Below, piece after piece: positions 22,595 to 34,491 of a stretch of DNA of 39,003 nt (its first letter is position 1; each line of letters begins with the position of its first letter). Origin of the DNA: Klebsormidium nitens (taxonomy: Eukaryota; Plantae; Klebsormidiophyceae); the NCBI GenBank assembly GCA_000708835.1, contig DF237683.1:1-39003 (forward strand), given 5' to 3'. The notes under the pieces were generated by a model. That model worked only from the letters and a program-made list of their open reading frames with translations. It was not told the DNA's origin and did not search any database. The translations under genes and the position numbers were made by a program.

Positions 22595-25059
22595 TCAGCT
22601 GTCTTTGAGCAGCAGCACGACGGTGTGGCAGGCGACGCTCCTGTTCTCGCCCAGGCTGTCCACCTTCTCATGCGTCTTGGCCTTGATGTTGATGCAGCTC
22701 GGGTGCGCCTCCAGCAGCTCGCACAGGATCGCCTTGATGGCCTCCTTGTGCGGGCTCAGCTTCGGCCGCTGCAGGATCACCGTCGCGTCCAGGTTGCCCA
22801 GCGAGTACCCCGCCTCCCGCATCCGCTTGATCTGCACGCCGCGCCACGAGATCGGATTTTGAGAAGCGGCCCAACCTATTCAAGCTGGAAGCACGTCCAG
22901 CCAGCAGCAGGAGAAGGAAGAGCTTTGTACGATATTCTGCAATATACACGTACCGCCAGACTTCTAAATTGGACGAGACCCTTCCGTTCATTTGGAAGAA
23001 AGACTGCCGGTCATGCTGGTAGGTCATGCAGGTAAGTCATAACGGCAAAATCTACGATTCAGGACCAAACCGTTGACTTGGATTGACAATTTGTCACTTC
23101 CCCAGGTTTGTTGTTGACCAAAGATGGATCCAGAAGAACGGGGCTTCGTCAATCAGACTGTGCCGCACATGTTATGTAACCTCAGAGCGCTTCCTGCTTG
23201 CATCCAATGCTTGGCGCTGATTGGGTTTAGAACCATTGCAGCCTCTCAATCACGATAGAGGCATAACACCGATCTGCGGGGAGCAACAGGACATGCTGAG
23301 CAGTTGGAAGGGGCCTTGCAGAGGAGCCTGCTTATCCTCCTTACGCCTGCGGGGGGCAGGCACACAGTGCAGAGCTCAGGGCGCGCACTCACTGCTTCTT
23401 TCATGAAAACGGAGGAGGCGGCCCCCTTCCACTTGGGATCGTTGTCGGGGAAGAGCTGCCCAATGTCGGGCAGGCTGAGCGCGCCCAGAATCGCGTCCAC
23501 AATGCAATGCATCAGCACGTCGCCTGCAGCGCCAACATCGCCGAAGGCTCACAGCTCGTTAGTTCAAAGGACGCAGCAATACCGAAAGTGCAAAAGTAGG
23601 CAAACGGCTCTTCATAGATTAGGAATCAGGGACGCTTGGATGAGAACAGACCTCCAACAGATGAAACAACACTTCTCTAGAATGAGGCTCACCATCGGAG
23701 TGCGCGTCGCAGCCTCGGTCGTGCGGGATGGTGACTCCACCGATGATGAGCTGGCGGTCGGGCTCCAGGCGGTGCAGGTCAAAGCCATGGCCAACACGGA
23801 AGGGCAGGGCGGGGGGGCTGGCAGCCGCACGCACCTGCAGGACAGCCAGCAAGCAGGTCATCAAGCTACAGAAACACGAAGGACCTGGGCCAAAGCAGTA
23901 CTGTGGCCAACCAAGGACAGCGGCTCAGATATTGAGTTGTGTCTGCGAAAGAGACTGAGCGTTTTCGCAGACCACCACTCCCCAAACAGCAACCATGTAC
24001 GCATGCAATCACATCATCACTCAGGTTCCCAAACTTCAAACCCCAAGAGTGACACTGGGCGAAATATTGCAAGGAACTTTCCAAGGATTAATGAACTGTC
24101 GAAGACAACACTACGGGGTGCATAGGCCTTGTCGACTTGGGCCACTGGAAGACCAAGGAGGGTCTCCCAGAAAGACCGTCCCTGTTGGGGGAGGCCCCGA
24201 TTCTCTCGCTTATATTGCTAGGCCCCTCAACTGGAAAGACAGCCTTGCTTTGATTGAGAAAATTGGGGTCGCGGCGCGAAAGGACTATTCTCCCTCCACC
24301 AAGAGCTCCTCTTACGTTCGAAGAGAGACTGCAAGTGCAAGCTGGTTGCCCACGTGTCCAATGGGCGCTCGGTTGACAAGAAGGCACTCAGAGCGAAGGT
24401 AGTGCAAGGATATGATCAAGCTAACTGGTGGAGGAGAAGGGGCCAGTCTGCTTGATACCTGACAGCGGGCCCTTCTTGCAGTGGGCTGTGCCGGCTGCCC
24501 CTCATGAATGCCCCGTCCAAGGAAGGGGGCAAACCTGCGGGCCATAGAATGAGGTTTGCCCTGTGAGTTTGACGGTGTGGCTACTCTCCAGCCAGGTGCA
24601 AGTCAGAGACCAGCGCCGCCACAGGGCACAAAGGCCAGCTAGCGTCTCCACGGTGTACGATAGGTGGTGGTGCATTCTGTCCAGCATTCAGAATATCCAG
24701 ACACAAGGGTAACTCGCGGACTGTGCAACTTGCTAAGGCCTGCACTTTTTCTGGCCCGCACAACCCGGCAGCTGTTACAATGCCCTGTGTTTTTTAAGTA
24801 TACTTACAAGGGTCATGGGAGGCATCGATTTTCGATACCATTCAAGCCAAGTGTCAAACACAAACCTATGTACGATGACAATTGCTAATTGTCAAATCTA
24901 GGGAATTCATCAGCATTGGGGGTGAACATGCCCCCCTTCTACATACCTGCTTCCAGTTGGCAGTGTATCCCTTTGCGTGTCCGCCATGTGGCCCCATCTG
25001 CTTGAAATGCTGGGCCCTGATAGCAAACCGCCGGCACGGGCACACGAGGTGGCGGCCAT
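22595..25059 (-). CDS. ispF: 2-C-methyl-D-erythritol 2,4-cyclodiphosphate synthase (MEP pathway), plastid precursor, ~260 aa
   Basis: The catalytic exons are secure: complement(23693..23834, 23393..23523, 22595..22831), encoding [69 protein letters not shown]. The proposed transit-peptide exons complement(24947..25059, 24459..24560, 23885..23942) are phase-consistent but less certain, since they require one 50-nt intron with a weak donor. Confidence 0.93.
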
Positions 25060-25620
25060 GCCTCGGTGGCTGTCCTGCTCGAGGGCCTCCCCTCGCTCCA
25101 ACTTCCAAGTTTCCAAGCCTGATCTCTCCAAGAAGCTTGTTCAATGAAACCGAAAAAGCAGGATGCCAGCCAGCAGCTGGGTCCAGTGCGGTTGCGTCTG
25201 GCCTCCAAAAAATAACTGGGCCGCGACTGACTTATCGGACAAACGTCGTCTAACTTTTGATATTAGCAATTTCCGTAGGAATCCAACTCTACAAAACTGT
25301 CAATACAGTCAGCCCAACAATAAAGACGGTATAACTTACCTAGATTGTAATAATTTGACTTCAAAAAGGATACGCGTACTGCATTTTGAATAATTGTCTG
25401 AATTAATTTGGAGGTTTTAGCGGTGCAGAACCTCTGACTGCCATGGCGGTACCTCTCGACTGGTCCCCCTGCTCTGACTCAGTCTCTCCAGAGGTCACTG
25501 GGTAGTACTAGTAGCTGATAGCTAGCGCTAGCTAGAGCTCTTTATGCAAGTTGAAAACCATGAGCAGAGCACACATTTAAAATTTTGATCAAGAAACGTT
25601 GGCGCCCTTGATAGTGAGGG

Positions 25621-28048
25621 ATGGCTTGTCATTTGGTGCTGAATAACTTCACTTGGCGTGCCGCTGGCTGCCTCCTCTGCACATCTGGACCGCAAGCATC
25701 TGGCGAACCGCTCACCTTACCAACCCCGTGGAAGAAGTGGCCACCAGCTAGTGGTCCAAACACTGCTGCATTGTCACATCTGACGCGCCGTACGTCCGAA
25801 GCGGGATCCACCTGGCCCAGCCACCACATCAAGCCATTGTGAGCCATGACTTCATGCCAATTCTTTCGAGAGAGCCATTGTAGCCTAATCTGCTTTTGAT
25901 CGATGATGCAACCTTTCTAAATGATTTGTTATCCATGTGCGAGTTTCTCTGGTTGCGATCTTCTTCAAACAATGCATCAAAGCCCTCATGTGCAGGCAGA
26001 GATTCACAAATGGTCGGTATTCCATCGCTTGCAAGGGCACGCCAGTAGCGGTGAGTGCAGATCCACTGAGCTGGGGCGCTCAACTCATAGCTAGGTGCAG
26101 GCAGCTGGGCAATTTACCCACTTTGATCTAGTCTAGCCCAGAAGTTTCAAGTTCAACGGCTGTTGCCCCTTGTACATAGACAGATTAGCTGAGCTACCCT
26201 GCAAATGGGGTCATGTTTTCATATGGGTGTCTGCCGTCAAAGAGGATTGCAGGCATTCTTACGTCTCTTGTCTTGCAGGAGTCGGCAGGGGAGCCGGCAG
26301 TGCTCCCTACACCATTCATCAACCTGGACCAAGATCAAAAGGAGGATGTCACGGTTGTGGAATTGAAGTTTGGCGATCGTTTGGGGGCCCTACTGGACAC
26401 GGTGAGTCATGTGCCAGGCCTATAGATTGTACCGCTGGTCTTGCTAAGCTGCTCAGCTAGAAGAGAGTCAGGTAGAGTGGTGTGAGAGGCAATGGAACAA
26501 TTGTTCCTAGATCTATGTGGGCCGATCTGATGCTGCTAATTGGCTGTCACAGATGAAGGCTCTCCGTGAGCTTGGGGTGAATGTGGTGAAGGCCAAAGTG
26601 AGCACCGTGGAGCGCGTTGGCTGGAACAAGTTTGAGATCACCAACAAGTGAGACAGCAGCGCAGCTCTCCCTCCGTCCTCTGGTTTGCACCTTCGGTAGC
26701 GCTTTCACCTCTCCTCGATGTCAATTTCATCGGGAGCTGCCTTGTCTTTCTTTCTACAAAGGCATTGAGCTAGGCCAGCATCCTCCAGCAGAAGAAGACC
26801 CTTGACAATTGCATCAGGGATCGTTCAACAGTGAGGCTTGAAAGCAATGTTCAGAACTATCTTGATGCCCCGGTGCACAGGGACGGTGGCAAGGTGACGG
26901 ACCCCGAGCTGGTGGAGGCGATCCGGCTGACAGTCATTGAGAACCTCCTGCAGTACCATCCTGTAAGACACCGCAAGCCAACAACTGAAGTCAATAAGCT
27001 GGCTGGGTCAATCTGCTGAACGGTGCACGATGTAGTCGAAATGGTACAATGATCCCATTGCCTGCAATTACCACCATCTATTAAGAGTTGCCTCTTGTGT
27101 CTGTGAGGTACCTTGACAGCCCCTCGTCCGGTCATCTGCTTGGTTCTTCCTTGTGCAAGTCTTCAGGTCTCGCTAAACATCTGGGACAGGACAGCCCCCA
27201 TCCAGGCACAGAGAAAAAGTAGCCAAGTAGCTACAAATCTCTTGAGGAATTGTGCCGCTTGGGTTCAAGGTTTGAAAGTTGACGGCCCCTCACTGAGGAG
27301 GTCAGTGTCGCTGTCCCAAACTTACATTTCCTATACGGGCAAGTGGATTCGGTGGTCAGGTTAAAGCATTCCCCTTACTCAAGCAAAGGTCGTTTGGCTC
27401 TGCAGGAGTCGAGTGCCAAGCTTGCTATGGGGCTGCCCAGCCCTCAGGCAATTCAGATTCCCACGTCCATAACTGTGTCGCCCGTGGATGCCACAAGCTC
27501 ATGCATCCATGTCGAGACTCCAGACCGACCAGGACTCCTCCTCGAAATCGTCAAGGTGCTTACAGACATCAGTGTTGTGATCAAGTCAGCTGACATCCAT
27601 ACTGAGGTAAGAACAAAGCTTCAAGATATAATCAAAGTCTTAGACCATGTTTGTTTGCCGGTGAGTCGCTTCCAGCGCACCTTGTGTGCATAATCTGGCA
27701 AGCAAGAACAAACCGCTCACCAGCGCTCCCTGGTGCAGGGCCTGGTTGCCCTGGACGACTTCGTGGTGTCTTATCAGGGGGAGGCCCTGAACAAGTCCAT
27801 GAAAGAGGTAAGCCCCACCCTGTACTCACATCCGCGCCATGCCGAGACGCGCTGTGAGCCAGCTCTACCTGGTTCAGACGACGCAGTATGCAGGCTCTAC
27901 CTGGTTTGTTGACTGCGTGCAGATTCCCTACATCGTGGATTGTACATGCTTCTTCTCACACTCATCTTCACCTTTCTGTGGTCAGCTGGTGACCAACGCC
28001 CTGCAATTTTACCTCACTCGGTATAGTCTAGAAGAGGACAGCTACTAG
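25621..28048 (+). CDS. ACR11-like: Plastid ACT-domain repeat protein, ACR11/ACR12-like, ~301 aa, 8 exons
   Basis: Exons 25621..25838, 25996..26050, 26279..26401, 26553..26647, 26881..26962, 27406..27606, 27739..27807, 27986..28048 = 906 nt. Motifs: [87 protein letters not shown], and an acidic C-terminus EEDSY*. Exons 1-2 (transit peptide) are less certain. Confidence 0.92.
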
Positions 28049-29096
28049 GTAGCCGTCGGCAGATTCAGTCATGCAAGCTATGGTGTCTAAAAGGACTTGT
28101 ATATATTCTGCTTGTGTTGGTAAACACTGTAAATAGGATTGTTGTCACTTTGATAGTTGTGCGTTTGTCATCTTAACAGTAATTTGGCTTAAATTTTTTT
28201 CTAAAAACAGATATATATATGTAAGTAGATTGTACCTAAAGATCCGATTGGCAGTCGCAGTGACAATGTTCCAGGTAATAGCACATGAACCAAACTCAGC
28301 CCATGCATTCATATAATCCTTCGAAAGTCAACTCATCAATATGTTTGCGACAAATGTGCGGCAATTCTGGTACAATTGCCTAGATGCAGATTGGACCTTT
28401 CACTGTACGATTGGTGCTACTTCACTAGCTGTGCGCCGCGACTAATCGTGGTCGATTCTCATGCACCGCGAGCCTGGTCGTAGAATCAGGATATATATAC
28501 GTCATCGAAATCGACAGGTGCAATGGCATGTGTTATTGAATGACGAACTCGAGAAAAGAGACCATCGTAAACCATGACACCATGGTCATTATATGCATGC
28601 CATGTGGGAGTTCGATGGTGCAATCTCAGCTCTGTAATCAAAGATCACATTGACGGCTTTGAAGTGACATTAATACTTGATATTGTTCGATCATGGGTGA
28701 TCCCATCATGCTGGATTAAGATGTTGGCCTGGACATCATGCATGTATGACTTCGGTCGCAATCAACATCAGGTACTGGACTTCGACCGGCGTTGCGGAAT
28801 GGACCTACCCTCATGGCGTTTGTAGGGCAACTTCGTCTGACTATTGTTCCACAAAGAGCGCCCTGCTGTCATGCGGAATGACCCGTCACCAAATCAACAA
28901 CAACAAGCTTCACAAAAAGACCGCTTAGAAAGGCAAAGACTCTGTTGGAGACTCGGTTCGGTATTGCAGCCTTTGTACAGCAGCTTCAGTAGCATGCTAC
29001 AACACCGCCCGGTCCCTCAGACTTGTATAGCATCAAAAACGTAGCTTACACGAGGACAATCGGTCACTACAAGTTCCAACAAGCCTCTTCTCCTCC

Positions 29097-31767
29097 TCAT
29101 ATTCCGCCATGAGGAACTTCGACAGCGCGCCTTGCTGGCTGGCCGTAGTGCGTGCGTTCATGCCGTGTTAGGTCCACCTTGTATCCAAACTGACGGCCGC
29201 AGTTCGGCCACCTGTTGAAAGAAAGTGACGCAGGTAAGGAGCTTTAAAGAGGCACCAAGCACTCTGATTGCAAGGAACATCACTGCACAAACACCAATCT
29301 GTGCATGTGCATATCTTTGACAAAGGATAAGAGCGCCTGACTTACGTGCATTGGAAGGGCTTCTCGCCCGTGTGCGTGCGCATGTGGCCGTGCAGCGAGT
29401 TGGCCCACTTGAAGGTCTTGTCGCAGCCCTCCCAGGGGCAGTGCAGAGGTCGCTCGTCGCTGTGGATCTTCTGGTGGGTGATGAGGCGCTCGCGGAAAGC
29501 AAAGCGCTTCCCGCAGCCCTCGTAAGGGCAGATGTGGGCCCGCTCGTGCTTCTTGACGTGGCGGCACATGACCGTCTTGCTGCTGAAGGCCATGCCACAC
29601 CCCTCGAAGGGGCACTGGTAAGGCCGGTGGCCCCTGCATGCAGACCACCAAGGATGAGGGCAAAGCAACATCAGAGGCCAGTTTTCAATAAGTGCCATGG
29701 ATAGCCAAAGCTCTGAAGGTGGCAGCATGTCACAGCGTACTGAATCTGGTCAAGAGTGAGAGCATGTCGCAAAGGACGGAGATGTATTCCCGGCCGGACT
29801 TGAACGTTTCTTTTCTCAAATCTGGAAAGAACAATGTGATTCGTATCCAGCAGCAAGCACAGATCCTGCTAGGGCATAGCCCTTGATAAGCGCATGCACA
29901 CAAAGACGGATGGTGCAGGGTGTCACCTGTGCTCGTTCTCGTGGTCGCGCAGGTTGCCAGGGGTGGCAAACGTTCTGCCGCAGTCGGGATAGGTGCAACT
30001 GTGCACCTTCTCAGTCATGATCAACATGCGCTTCACCTCGTCCAGCATCTGCACAGAACGCGATGCACAGCTTCATGCAAGCAACTGTTGAGGCCCGCGT
30101 GAATCTGTGCGCATACTCCCAGTTGCTTGCTCGCACACTAGGCAGAGTCATTGCAGAGAAAACCTTGAGTGTGGGATACAAGCAGTGAGCTTTATCTTCT
30201 AGGTAAGTGGTGTCTAACCTTCTCGAGTTGCGGGATTGTGAGGTCTTCCCACGGGATGTCTCGCAGTTGGGGGGTGATATCCAGGGGGTAGTGCTGCTGC
30301 CCTGATGCCTCCAGGGTCTCCAGCAGGCTGCGGTGAGCCAGGGAAAGCTCGTGCGAGTCGCCACCACGCAGGTGCTCAAACCTGGGAAGGGAGAGGAAGC
30401 CGTCTTACAATGCAAGACAGGGCTGGCACAAAATGCTTGACAACCATTGGAAAGTTGCCCCTCTCTCAAGGTGACAAAGTTGCAGACTGCAAGCAGGGGG
30501 AACAGGGGAAAGGGGCCTAGCAGAAAGAGATCTCTCAATGTTAGAGAGGCGGAGAAAGCTGGCGCCAGTATCCAGTTCGCGCACCTGAGTCGCTTCCACT
30601 TGGTCAAAGCTGGCTTGCGTGACGCACTGTAGGGGTCCTTCTTGCCAGGCTTCTCTGGCAGCTCCACATGGGCCAGGCTTGCGCTTAGGAAGCGCTCCAC
30701 GCTGCCTTCAAACTGGTCGTTCACAAGCTTCATCAGCTTCTGGTAGGCTGTATGATGAAGAAAACGAAGCATGAGGTGTGCATTGCCATAAGGGAACAAA
30801 AGCTTCTCAGAAGTCTGCCCTTGACTTTGTTCCTCAGCATGTCAGACAAGATATCGGAGGAGGACCACCTTTCTTTTCCTGGAGGTACGATTGCCACAGT
30901 CCTTGCCATCATTGTCCTTCTCAAGCAAGAGAATGGCGGGACCTTTCAACTGATGCTGGTCGACTTGGTACAAGGAACTGATTATGATACCTCTTTCTGC
31001 CTCCATGCACCTTTGGTTTTCCATATATTGTATTCTGCAAGGACTCTCAACACACACTATAAGCACTCACAGATGGGGTCCAGGTCTATCTCAAGCCGCT
31101 TCAGCTTGCGCCTCTTCTTTGACTGCTTCCCCATCCCCATCAGAGGGATGGCCTCTCCATGTTGCATCCCTGGCCCCGCAACAGCCATCTGCTGGTGTGC
31201 CAAGTGTTGGTGCACCAGTTGCTGCTGTGCCAGTTGCTGCTGTGCTAGTTGCTGCTGTGCGAGCTGTTGCTGCGCCAGCTGCTGGTGCGCTAGCTGCTGC
31301 TGTGCCAGGGCCAGGTTCAAGCTGTGACTGTCCAGAATTGTCCCCCCCAACGCGGTATATTGCAGCAGCTGCCCCCGCTGCTGCTCCTCCAGCCGCTGCT
31401 GTTCCTCCTCCTCCAGCGCTCCATCTCGCCGGTACTGCATTGGCACCTGTAGGTACCCCTGGTGCCCGGCCAGCCCCATATGCGTCGCCTGCTGGTGTCT
31501 CCGGGCGTCCTCACCCTCCTCCTCGTCTTCCTCATGGACGGGGACCTCCTCACCCCGGAGCTCCACCTCCATGTCCAACTCTTCATGGCGGCTCCTGTCA
31601 TCCTCTTCCTGGTCCACCCTTTCTGACCAGCCCCGCCCTTCCTGGTCAGACGCTTGATAATGCTCGTGGCTGCCCCCGTGCTGCCCCTCTCCTTGCACAT
31701 GAAATGCCCCGTGCCTCTCATCTGGTTCAGGCTCCCCCTGCATGTACCTCTCTCGGTCGGCCATCAT
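29097..31767 (-). CDS. C2H2 zinc-finger transcription factor with five C-terminal C-x4-C fingers, ~515 aa, 6 exons
   Basis: Exons complement(31071..31767, 30585..30747, 30219..30381, 29927..30048, 29346..29633, 29097..29211) = 1548 nt. Fingers: CTYPDC..HENEH, CPFEGC..HVKKH, CPYEGC..HQKIH, CPWEGC..HMRTH, CTWPNC..HERTH, with a canonical HTGEKPF linker. Acidic/Gln-rich N-terminus and a basic NLS-like KKRRKLKR. Confidence 0.92.
31189..31308 (-). repeat. Eight 15-bp coding tandem units encoding (L-A/V-Q/H-Q-Q/H)x8 in the zinc-finger gene
   Basis: Minus-strand units: ctggcacagcagcag, ctagcgcaccagcag, ctggcgcagcaacag, ctcgcacagcagcaa, ctagcacagcagcaa, ctggcacagcagcaa, ctggtgcaccaacac, ttggcacaccagcag. 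Confidence 0.95.
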
Positions 31768-32042
31768 GCGCAAAGGGAGCCCTCAAATCTTGAGCGCTGC
31801 TCATGCACCGGAGAGGAAAAGGACAACTTCCTCTCCGCTTTTCTCCTTCCTCCTCGTCCGGTCTGCAGAGAAGGGCAGGTTCATCCACGGACTCCGATGC
31901 ATCCTGGTAGCGAGAGCTCACGTCTGCCGTCGATCTGATAAGCCAGATTCCACATACTCGAGGGCGTCCCATGTTCGTTGATTGGATCAGGAGAGGAGCT
32001 CGAGAATTGGCGCTGCATAGAGGAATGGTTGGTCCAACAACG

Positions 32043-32147
32043 AAACCCTAATCCAACTTCTCTTGCAAAGGTTGTATATAATGGAAAGCGGATCCCTGGC
32101 TCTTGCCAATAATAATGTTGGCATTGCATGGGGCATTAAAAGGGCCC
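32043..32147 (+). promoter_or_regulatory. Telo-box (AAACCCTAA, 32043..32051), TATA-like TATATAA (32075..32081) and site-II-like GGGCCC (32142..32147) in the divergent zinc-finger/coiled-coil promoter
   Basis: Exact motif matches in a 494-bp head-to-head intergenic region. The telo-box plus site II combination is an established plant cis-module, but function here is untested. Confidence 0.45.
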
Positions 32148-32261
32148 TGATCTTTGAAAAACGTACCTAGCCAGATCCCAGGGCGCTGCCAATCTGTGAG
32201 ATCCTTTGCGTCCAACTTGCTTGCCGGTCACCAGAGTTGGATAATCCGTTTCGCCCCGACT

Positions 32262-34491
32262 ATGGATGGCTCCTCTGACCTCGCAGATTACCACTGTCTT
32301 CGTGAACGAGTTGCAAATCTTAAGTTCGAGCAACGTAAGGTCTCAAAAGCAGATGAGACGGCCCTGTCAAAGCAGGATTGGCCACAGGTTAACCAGCTCA
32401 ACCTGCTGCATCAGCAAGAAGTCAAGGTAAGCCAACAACTGTGCAAGAGTGACAAGCAGACGGGGGACTTCCGACTATGATGCAATATTCGAGCATCTTG
32501 CAGCTGTATTGATTGCGCATCGATGCATAAATTGCAGCTGACATGCGAATGCAATGCTGCCTACTGCAGTCCTGGGAGGGTAAGCTGCATGATGCCATGC
32601 GGCGCCTGGCAGCTCAACGAGCGGAGGTAGACAAGGAGAAGCTGGCAGCGGCGGCCCGGGTGAACAGCCTGGTGGGCAAGCTGGAGCGGCTGGAGAAGAG
32701 CAGCAAGGAGGCAGCGACACAGATGGCGCTGGTGCATCAGCGGGAGGTCAGCTTGGAGGACAGGGAGAGGGCAGGTCAATGCTGACGGCAGCATACAGAC
32801 AATCTAGGGCAGATAAAAGCAAACTTCCAATCACCATCTCGCCTTCAAAGAATTGTTAGATTGTCTTTTAAGTTGCTCTTGAAAGAACAGCGCAACAGAT
32901 GCATCTGCTAGCGGCAATTTGAGAGCCTTGTTGAATTTTGAAAGGCCCAACTACACCTGACGGTCTACAGGTTGATGAACTTGCTGCGAGGCAGAGGGCA
33001 GAGAGGGAAGCCTGGCAGCGCCAACAAGAAGAGCGGGAGCAGGAGCACAGGAAAGAGCTGGAAGACAAGCTGGCGCTGGTCAAAGCAAAGAGCCTGGCTG
33101 CTTGCAAAGAGGTAGAAGACGTTGGAGAAGGCCATTCGCACCCTGGCAACATTTCGGATTGCTGTGATTTGCCTGTTCCTAGAAAGTTGACAGCATAGAT
33201 GATCAACATGCTCCAACAGGGCCCCTTGCTCAATTGGGTCACTTGCCTATTGATGCTCGTGCTGTGCGCCAGGTGTTGCAAGCGGAGGCAGAGTGGAAGC
33301 AGCGGCATGCGGCCCAGCTTCAGGAGACGATCAAGCGGCAGGCCCGGCTAGAGGAGCTGCAGGCGAGCGTGGAGCAGCTGACCAGGACAGCGGAGGAGGC
33401 CCGGCAAGGGGAGTCACACTGGGTATGGTTGCCAAGGCCTCCTGCCTCTCAGAAGTCGAGGGCTAATAGACCACTTTGAAATAACAGTGCTGCACTTCGC
33501 TGGAGTGAATTATGAAGCTTTCGTGGTAACACGTCGGCACTGATACGAGACCTTCTTGTTCGATGGAACGACCAGACTCGGTTTCAGCAATACGAACCTG
33601 TTCTACGATGCTATCCCTCTACTATATCTTGTAACGTTTCCCACTGTTTCCAAGGATCTGTATAGTGAAAGCTCGGCTGCAAGCCTTTTCTGACACTGCT
33701 AATCTTCGTCTCAACGCCTGTCTGAGCGGTGCCGCACATCGTGCAGAAGGTCGAGTACGAGGCTGCTGCAGTCAAGCACCGGCGGCAGACTGCGGGGCTG
33801 CAACAGCAGCTGCAAGACTCGCGTGAGCTCGTGCTGCTCGACCAGCAAAGTGCCTGCCCTTAGTGTATGCCTGGTGTTCGATCATACTGTTCGTTGCAGT
33901 ATAGAAGTTCGCCCCCCCCTTTCCGGGTTTTTGTGGACTCTCGCTCGCTTCTAGTTTTCAGAGGTTGCTACCACTTCCTTCCAGGGGCTGCCTTGACGAC
34001 TGCTGCCGCAGCCCACCAGGCCGACCTCGACCAGCTGCGAATAACGCACCAGGCCGAGATCGATCAATATAGGAAACAAAAGGTAGGCGTCCTCGCAACA
34101 TGGAATCAACAGCAAGGTACTCCATATGAGCACACTGCTCTTCCTGTCCACACAAAGTAACATTCGGCTGCTTCGTAGCTCTAGAAACGATGCCTGCGTG
34201 GGTTCACTTCACCGGGCCGACAGCTTCTTTTGCCACTTGACGTTATCAGACGGCAAAGCATCAAAGTATGCACCCTTCATGCATTATTCAACTCCGTCGC
34301 CGCATGCTGAATTGAGCTGTTTGGTTTTCCAGAGCCAAGATCTTGAGGACTTGGAGGATCGGGTAAGGGAAACCGTCTCTCGCAAGGACGCAACGATCAC
34401 CACTCTTCAAACGGATCTTGCCGCAACCACCAGACAACTGAAAAGTATGGAGCACCTGCTGAACCAGCTTCGAGACGAAAGTACGACTTAG
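32262..34491 (+). CDS. Coiled-coil protein, ~321 aa, 7 exons; C-terminus resembles centrosomal CEP131/AZI1
   Basis: Exons 32262..32426, 32570..32746, 32971..33111, 33273..33422, 33747..33822, 33985..34082, 34333..34491 = 966 nt, phases consistent, with E/Q/R/A-rich heptad composition. The terminal DLEDLEDRVRETVSRKDATITTLQTDLAATTRQLKSMEHLLNQLR and internal EREAW match my recollection of the CEP131 C-terminus. The gene is well supported; the family call has about 0.55 confidence. Confidence 0.82.

Noticed and set aside
28500-28930. Short ORFs between the ACR and zinc-finger 3' ends
   Set aside because: Stop density is near random and no motif is recognisable.
7861-32261. CAACTT/AAGTTG hexamer frequent in the four divergent promoters
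   Set aside because: The same hexamer is also common in introns and convergent intergenic DNA in this window, so it is not promoter-specific.
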